From positions 2,162,571 to 2,226,570 of the forward strand of contig CP070695.1 in NCBI GenBank assembly GCA_020353515.1: a DNA stretch of 64,000 nt, given 5' to 3'. The notes under the pieces are model-generated. The model searched no databases and was not told the origin of the DNA. It saw nothing but the letters and a program-made list of their open reading frames with translations. Position 1 is the first letter of the stretch, and each line of letters begins with the position of its first letter. Below, one piece after another: positions 58,299-64,000 of the stretch. The DNA is from Candidatus Heimdallarchaeota archaeon. GTDB lineage: Archaea > Asgardarchaeota > Heimdallarchaeia > Hodarchaeales > Hodarchaeaceae. Position numbers and translations under genes: made by a program.

Positions 58299-59228
58299 TT
58301 GAGAAAAAGTACTTTGCTTGAGACTTTTCTTATTGATCAAGGAATTATACAAACAAGACGATTTCGCCTTCTATGTGTTCCTGACTACCTATTTTTTAGA
58401 ACTCACGCTCATAGACTTTACCGAGAGTTTATTGGTATCCCTCGTTACTCTATCATAACACGAAAGGTCACTGATGAACTAGATCACCATTCAAATAAGA
58501 CTTGTTCCTTAGAGAGTCTCTATATTGTCGATGGATCTTCAGCTCTAACTAATGCTCCCTTTTATTTTCCACTTGCTAAACACTTAGATTTATCTATAGT
58601 TGGAACTAATCTTGATATCAATGAACTCACAAAACTACGGTACATGACTCCATCAAATAAAAATTTTCAAAAGTATGAACCAATAACAGTTGTAAGTAGT
58701 GAGGTCATCTTCCATGCTCCGCTATTTGAGAGTGGGTTAGAATCAAATGCGGTGACACTTCCCCCATCATTTGATCTATTCCTCCAGCCAATAACAGTAA
58801 CGAAAAATACAATAGCAGTGGGTTCTGTTCGAGAAATAGGTGAATTCTTTCCCATCAAATTCGATATAATGAGGATAAATTTAGGAGACTTTATTGAATA
58901 TAATCAACTTTTCTCGAAACCTCCAGGGCTATCTGGGAACGCGAAATCGGCACGAAAACAAGCAGTCTTAGAAGGATTAAATATAATAATTCGAAGCTTT
59001 AACATTCCCATTATACTAATTTCGCTATATAAAATCTCCAAATTCTTCGCAACTTCATCTGACTCTATACGACATCAAATACAAGAAATTTGCGATCGTT
59101 GGAACTTTTCCGAATCAGTCTTAATTAATAATGAAAAAAGAAGGGTCTGGAAGGAAGAAGAGAGGGAAAAACTCGATTTTTTTTATGATGCGCTTGGTTA
59201 CATAGTCTTATTCAATCGTTCTGTGTAA
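58299..59228 (+). CDS. Hypothetical protein
   Basis: 309-aa ORF filling the gap, divergent from dph2; no motif recognised. Confidence 0.55.
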   Translation: MRKSTLLETFLIDQGIIQTRRFRLLCVPDYLFFRTHAHRLYREFIGIPRYSIITRKVTDELDHHSNKTCSLESLYIVDGSSALTNAPFYFPLAKHLDLSIVGTNLDINELTKLRYMTPSNKNFQKYEPITVVSSEVIFHAPLFESGLESNAVTLPPSFDLFLQPITVTKNTIAVGSVREIGEFFPIKFDIMRINLGDFIEYNQLFSKPPGLSGNAKSARKQAVLEGLNIIIRSFNIPIILISLYKISKFFATSSDSIRHQIQEICDRWNFSESVLINNEKRRVWKEEEREKLDFFYDALGYIVLFNRSV

Positions 59229-59419
59229 AATAAGACTATTATTACAGCTTCTCAACAAAATTAGGTCGCTCTTTCAATTATAACAGTTTTTACAAAAGGG
59301 AGAAGAAGTAAACGTGAAATTAATTGGTAATGGAATTAAATTTATATAATGTTGAAAGCTTGGATGAAAAGAAGAATTCTAAAAGAGAGCTGAAAAAAAA
59401 AAAACCAGGTGGCACTTAA

Positions 59420-59932
59420 ATGAGTGACGATACTCTTAAAATAGAAGAAATCATTCCCACAATCGAAAAGGTCAAGAATACGATCGTTACAATGGAAAAA
59501 GAGTTGGCAAAGAAGCAACAGGAGGCAGATGAAAAAGAAAAACTCTTAGTTGAGCGAGAAGCAAGGCTGAATGAAGCTCAAATTCACCAAACACAACTAG
59601 AATTTGAATATGCAAGTCTTGAAAGCGAATTCAAGAAAATATCTGATCTTTTTTCTGAACTCTCAGATAAAGAAGAAGTCTCACTTGATGTGAAACAGCT
59701 CCTTAGCATCTATATTGCCTTGCTCGAGAAAGTATTTGAGGGAAAACCCCATGCGAAGATCCTATATCTCTTACATGGAGGTAAATCTGAAATGACTCGC
59801 CAAGAACTAACAGCAGCGACAGGTTTCACTCCAGCAATTGTTCTTCATTCATTACATGAATTAAATCGGGCAGAATTAATCAATTATGATGAAGAAGAAG
59901 CTAAGGCTTCCCTTGTAAACAGAATATACTAA
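59420..59932 (+). CDS. Coiled-coil + winged helix-turn-helix protein
   Basis: ~80-aa heptad coiled coil, then KILYLLH...MTRQELTAATGFTPAIVLHSLHELNRAELI; SD-like CCAGGTGG upstream. Confidence 0.75.
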   Translation: MSDDTLKIEEIIPTIEKVKNTIVTMEKELAKKQQEADEKEKLLVEREARLNEAQIHQTQLEFEYASLESEFKKISDLFSELSDKEEVSLDVKQLLSIYIALLEKVFEGKPHAKILYLLHGGKSEMTRQELTAATGFTPAIVLHSLHELNRAELINYDEEEAKASLVNRIY

Positions 59933-60042
59933 TTTTATTTCAATTTTGAAACAAAGAAGATGTTTTTCATCTTAGGGACGAGTGGATAATCTCGAAATGT
60001 TATACTCATTTGAAAATATTTGGCGACATTTTCCAATTATAG

Positions 60043-60924
60043 TTGGAATTTGCCTTGCTAGTCAATGATTTCCTGATTACACTTGAAATTGAGAAAGGGT
60101 ACTCACCGAAAACTATTCGGGAATACTCCTATGACCTGAAAATGTTTGAACGCTTTAATGGAAAACCATTAGAAAAAACTACAACTATGGACTTACGGCG
60201 ATTTTTGCTTTATCTTAAGCGAGATAAAGAATACGCTGCAAGAAGTCTCCACCGAAAAATATGCTCATTAAAATCATTTTTCAAATTTTTGAAGAAAGAA
60301 GGTCTTATTTCGACAAATCCAACTGAAAACATTGAATCCCCGAAAATCCCAAAGTCTTTACCAAAAACAATAACAATTGAAGAAACTATGAAGTTGTTAG
60401 CTACCCCAGACAATCTGAGAGACAAAGCAATTCTCTATTTGCTTTATGGAACAGGTATGAGAGTATCAGAATTAAGTAATCTCAATATTGAGCAAATAGA
60501 TCTAAAAGATAAAATAATTCATGTAGTAGGCGGAAAAGGAGGGAAGGATAGAATAATTCCTCTTCCTAATGGAATAATAAAAATTTTGGAAGATTATATC
60601 ATAACACGAGGGAGTACACAAGATTCAGCATTTATTCTGAACCGTTCAGGTAACAGATTAACTTCTAGGTCAATACAACGAATTGTCAAGAAGTATAAAA
60701 ATGCAGCAAATTTGTTGGATAAAACATTAACCCCCCATACCTTACGACATGCGTTTGCTACTCATCTATTATCGAATGCTGTTGATATCCGTGTCATCCA
60801 AGAGCTCTTAGGACATGCTTCTCTTTCAACGACCCAACTCTATACACATGTCTCCTTAGAACATCTTAGGAAATCTTATGACTTAGGACATCCATTATCA
60901 AAACAACAGGTAATTGAAGGTTGA
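60043..60924 (+). CDS. xerA: Site-specific tyrosine recombinase XerA (XerC/D family)
   Basis: N-terminal SAM-like domain; TGMRVSE, GKGGKDR, TPHTLRHAFATHLL, LLGHASLSTTQLYT. Confidence 0.92.
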   Translation: MEFALLVNDFLITLEIEKGYSPKTIREYSYDLKMFERFNGKPLEKTTTMDLRRFLLYLKRDKEYAARSLHRKICSLKSFFKFLKKEGLISTNPTENIESPKIPKSLPKTITIEETMKLLATPDNLRDKAILYLLYGTGMRVSELSNLNIEQIDLKDKIIHVVGGKGGKDRIIPLPNGIIKILEDYIITRGSTQDSAFILNRSGNRLTSRSIQRIVKKYKNAANLLDKTLTPHTLRHAFATHLLSNAVDIRVIQELLGHASLSTTQLYTHVSLEHLRKSYDLGHPLSKQQVIEG

Positions 60925-60934
60925 AAATGTAGGT

Positions 60935-60976
60935 TTTACCTATTATTGGGTCTCAATTTACTTATTATTGGGTCTC
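60935..60976 (+). repeat. Tandem 20-bp direct repeat TTTAC(C/T)TATTATTGGGTCTC, period 22
   Basis: Copies at 60935-60954 and 60957-60976, one mismatch. Confidence 0.8.
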
Positions 60977-61074
60977 TCCTCTCTTTTTTTGGTTATAATT
61001 CTAACCATTCAAAACAAAGTTGTATGAAATGAAATAGACAAAGAACTGCTTATGGTCATAGCATTTGGTTTTTT

Positions 61075-61419
61075 TTAGTTATTTTCGTCTTCAAAGACCC
61101 TAGAAAGTAGTCCACTCCAAGAGGTGATACCAAACGACACCCAATACTTACGCTGGATGACTTGAATAATACTATTCATTCCTTTACTCTTTGCAACAGG
61201 TCTGCGATGATATTTCCTATAAAATGCCTGTAGTTCATTAATAGCGCGTATTAATCCTTGTTCACCTAGATAGATTCCGTACTCACTATTAACAGTGCCA
61301 AATGTCTGTCGCATCAGATCGTTCCATGAGTGGATACCATACTCAACCCAATTCTTACTAATGACTGCCTCTGCGATACCTCGCATATCGATGGTCTTCG
61401 AACTTTTCTCGAGTATCAA
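61075..61419 (-). CDS. Short protein or fragment with about 1.5 copies of a W..(Y/F)GI.SW..L repeat
   Basis: NWVEYGIHSWNDLMRQTF vs YWVSFGITSWSGLLSRVF; looks like the tail of a longer repeat protein. Confidence 0.55.
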   Translation of the reverse strand: MILEKSSKTIDMRGIAEAVISKNWVEYGIHSWNDLMRQTFGTVNSEYGIYLGEQGLIRAINELQAFYRKYHRRPVAKSKGMNSIIQVIQRKYWVSFGITSWSGLLSRVFEDENN

Positions 61420-61452
61420 TAATAACTAAAATCATAATCGATGGAAAATCAT

Positions 61453-61466
61453 AGACCCAATAATAA
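61453..61466 (-). repeat. 14-bp perfect inverted copy (AGACCCAATAATAA) of 60962-60975
   Basis: Reverse complement TTATTATTGGGTCT equals 60962-60975. Confidence 0.8.
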
Positions 61467-61594
61467 TTGAATTAACCAAGGTCATAGAAACGGTTTTCAG
61501 TCCAGTTAGTACCAAAAATAATTAAAACTTACAGAAAATCCATCAAATTTAGGTTCCACAAACGATCCAGTATGGAACTTAGGAGGCGTCCTAG

Positions 61595-62359
61595 TTATCA
61601 AAATCAAAACAGCTTGATTTAGAAGTCTTCATAAAACACCTTCTAAAACAACCTCTTAGTGTTATATGTTATCTATTATGGTTCATCTATCATAAAACTG
61701 AACAGATAGACATAACATATTCCATTAATCCGTTTAGTTATATTTTTCGTCATGAAAACAAATATAATATTTCAGGAGAGAATGTTTGGCAACACGATAA
61801 GAATATTCGATGGTTCAAAACCAATCTTGTCCTAATATTCGAAAAACAGCAATGGGAAGATATTACTCAAAGATTTCAAAATTTCAGGAATATTGAAACA
61901 AATCAACAGACAAACTCTTATGATACTTATCTCACTCTCAATCTTAGTAAAGATCGCTTATCATATACTGAACTAAATAATGATGAAATTATACAAATTC
62001 CATCCCTTAATTATCCGCTTCCCAAAAAATATCGTCCTTTTAATGGAGGATTGAATTTTGGTCTCATTAAAGACAATCAAATTGTGTGTTTTGCTGCAGC
62101 TCCTTACATATTGACTGAAAAATCTTTTTCTTTTGCCATAATACGAAGTGTGGAAACGAAATTCCTCAAAAGAAGGCAAGGTTTTGCCTTGAAAACAGTT
62201 GGGTTGTTATGTAAAGAATTATTCTCTCGTTTTAATGTCTCAAATATATTCTTATGGGTCGAAGAAAAAAATCTCGCAGCTCGCAATTTGTACCAGAATT
62301 TAGGGTTTTTAAAAGAATCAAAAATCTCTTTAACCTACTGTGACTTAAAGAGAGATTGA
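61595..62359 (+). CDS. GNAT-family acetyltransferase; 254-codon open frame lacking a canonical start (possible pseudogene)
   Basis: Frame is stop-free from 61595 (TTA) to TGA at 62359; C-terminal GNAT motifs RRQGFA and N.AARNLYQNLGF; AGGAGG at 61581-61586. Confidence 0.6.
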   Translation, partial: LSKSKQLDLEVFIKHLLKQPLSVICYLLWFIYHKTEQIDITYSINPFSYIFRHENKYNISGENVWQHDKNIRWFKTNLVLIFEKQQWEDITQRFQNFRNIETNQQTNSYDTYLTLNLSKDRLSYTELNNDEIIQIPSLNYPLPKKYRPFNGGLNFGLIKDNQIVCFAAAPYILTEKSFSFAIIRSVETKFLKRRQGFALKTVGLLCKELFSRFNVSNIFLWVEEKNLAARNLYQNLGFLKESKISLTYCDLKRD

Positions 62360-62446
62360 AAATTTATTTTAGAGACTCAGTATGTTGAGAGTATAATCCA
62401 TCTTGAATCTTCTTAAAAACTTCAAAAATGGCTGTAGGTTATAAAT

Positions 62447-63499
62447 CTAGGGATTATCAGCAAAAATCAGAACTTCTTTCACTTTTTTCTCCTTTGATGT
62501 AAGAGCGTATTTATAATCTTTGATAAATAAGGAAACATCTTCCTTGTAATTAAATAGAATATTTTTCAATGCTTCAATGCTTGGTATTCCAGGATCCCGG
62601 TAAGAAATCACTAGCTTAGAATCTTGAAATTTTGATATTGATTCTTCAAAGGCCTTTAATATCTGTTTTGGATCGTTCCAGTCATTTTTAATTAACTTCA
62701 ATCTCTTATGCTTAGAATCACGGTCAATCAAATCCTCCCACTTATCGTAATCGCAAATTCCTTCAAGGAAATGATAATAATCTCTATAATCTACTCCAAC
62801 CCCTTTTAGAGAAATATACGGGGGATCCAGATAAACTAGGTCATAACCTTCATCTGGGATAGGGACATCCTGGATAGCAAAATTGATCGCTTTATTAACC
62901 CTTGAATTATCATATATTGCCTGATTTCCTTCTTTTAATGCTCGTAGCATCAATTCTAGGAAGGGAGTATCCCATGTCTTTTTGTTCCCGAAACTGCGTT
63001 TAACATTATTCAAACGGAGATAAAGGTTTTTCCTGTGGAAAAGATTAAATGGGCGTTTTTGAATACAGGCTTGAAAAAGAACAAAAAAAGCAAGTGATTT
63101 TTCGTATTGATCTTCTAAATATGAAATGTTTTGAACTACAATGTCTAATAACTTATCTTCAGCATTAGTATAATAAATGCCTTTAAATTGGTCTTGGATA
63201 GTTGTACGATAGTTATATCCATTTTTTCTGTGAAAAAGTGATTCTATTTTTGATGGATCCAATTTTTTGGAATTGTTTTCAATCAGTGCTTTTCCGATGT
63301 ACCAGTTTGATGTAAGGAGGTCATTATAGGTGATCTCTTTCCCCATAATTTTAAGCATATAACTAACCGCACCAGTCCCTCCAAAGGCATCTAATGCAGT
63401 ATCAAAATCGATTTTCCGAAAGATAGGATGAAACCAATTGAGTAATTTGAGTTTACTTCCCTGATATCTAGTTTGTGGAAAAGAAACCTGCATTCTCAT
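62447..63499 (-). CDS. DNA adenine methyltransferase (D12 class, N6-adenine)
   Basis: RYQGSK.KL, DAFGGTGAV (motif I), YLDPPY (motif IV). Confidence 0.9.
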   Translation of the reverse strand: MRMQVSFPQTRYQGSKLKLLNWFHPIFRKIDFDTALDAFGGTGAVSYMLKIMGKEITYNDLLTSNWYIGKALIENNSKKLDPSKIESLFHRKNGYNYRTTIQDQFKGIYYTNAEDKLLDIVVQNISYLEDQYEKSLAFFVLFQACIQKRPFNLFHRKNLYLRLNNVKRSFGNKKTWDTPFLELMLRALKEGNQAIYDNSRVNKAINFAIQDVPIPDEGYDLVYLDPPYISLKGVGVDYRDYYHFLEGICDYDKWEDLIDRDSKHKRLKLIKNDWNDPKQILKAFEESISKFQDSKLVISYRDPGIPSIEALKNILFNYKEDVSLFIKDYKYALTSKEKKVKEVLIFADNP

Positions 63500-63550
63500 C
63501 TTCTCTGAAGGAGATCCTAAAAGAAATCTCCCTCCTTCTCATATTTCGAC

Positions 63551-64000
63551 TTAAATCTTTTCTATTCGTTCAGTAAACCCGATGTTAAGTTCCTCTAACT
63601 CCTTCAAGACTGGTTCATAAATATGCTTCTGTACAGGAATTAGGACACCTTTATCGGTGATCTTACCCTCTAGAATCATACGTACGCCTATTGCACAGGG
63701 TAAACCAACTGTTCGTGACATAGAAGTGGGGCCATCTTTGATTCCAAGATCAACCATAGTGCTAATGTGTCTTTCTTTACCTTCAGGTAATTCATATTCG
63801 AACTCGTGAACCATGATCAACATATCCCGCTCACTAGGCGAATATTGTAAGTTCTTTTCCCATAGGTAACATAACGCATCAAGAGGTGAAATTTTTGTAG
63901 AGGGAACTTCTTCATTTCCAAATAATCCCATCCATTCGAATCTGTGGATGATATCATCTTCTGCAACAAGATTAAATTTTTTCATGAATTCTTGCTTTGA
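63551..64000 (-). CDS. Saccharopine dehydrogenase, C-terminal part (truncated by the window edge)
   Basis: SPLDALC, LQY...ERDMLIMVHEF, TSMSRTVGLPCAI, GVLIP...IYEPVL.EL; frame open to 64000. Confidence 0.88.
   Translation of the reverse strand, partial: SKQEFMKKFNLVAEDDIIHRFEWMGLFGNEEVPSTKISPLDALCYLWEKNLQYSPSERDMLIMVHEFEYELPEGKERHISTMVDLGIKDGPTSMSRTVGLPCAIGVRMILEGKITDKGVLIPVQKHIYEPVLKELEELNIGFTERIEKI

Noticed and set aside
60031-60048. TTCCAA-ttatag-TTGGAA palindrome at the xerA start as a dif site
   Set aside because: Only 6-bp arms, whereas dif arms are ~11 bp; expected by chance in AT-rich DNA
60043-60924. Provirus or integrative-element integrase
   Set aside because: Length and motifs fit housekeeping XerA; no adjacent tRNA, viral, replication or conjugation genes
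61664-61720. Imperfect hairpin (ATATGTTAT...ATAACATAT)
   Set aside because: AT-rich, gapped and inside the extended GNAT reading frame; likely chance
1-64000. tRNA, rRNA, CRISPR arrays, intact transposases
   Set aside because: No GC-rich structured RNA segments, regularly spaced repeat-spacer units or transposase motifs seen by eye; tRNAscan-SE/Infernal would be needed to exclude small RNAs

Overview
AT-rich, gene-dense archaeal chromosomal segment with about 55 CDS and frequent TTG/GTG starts. I found no rRNA, tRNA, CRISPR array or intact transposase. The archaeal core genes (aIF-1A, Dph2, XerA, AlaX, KaiC-like ATPase) occur alongside many eukaryote-signature-like proteins: a Rab-like GTPase, longin and roadblock proteins, a folliculin-like DENN protein, tandem PARP-type zinc fingers and a C2-like domain. 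This combination points to an Asgard archaeon, probably Heimdallarchaeia; that is an inference and no search was run. Main observations: (1) a ~14 kb neighbourhood (4.5-18.3 kb) with a Rab-like GTPase coupled to a longin-roadblock protein, a complete DENN/folliculin-like protein, a 5-TM glycoprotein, a 7-TM protein and a HEAT + mu-homology-like protein; (2) a cleanly circularly permuted cofactor-independent phosphoglycerate mutase; (3) a protein made of three HMG-box/YABBY-like repeats ending in a PIP-box-like motif; (4) a tandem zf-PARP + winged-helix protein; (5) a lipase-C2 fusion co-transcribed with a sirtuin; (6) an IleRS with non-canonical GVHT/PMHKS signature motifs; (7) direct and inverted repeats just downstream of xerA that bracket a small ORF; (8) two genes the ORF track missed or truncated, a 57-aa Zn-finger and a 254-codon GNAT frame with no canonical start. 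All domain calls come from motif recognition by eye and need HMM or structure confirmation.
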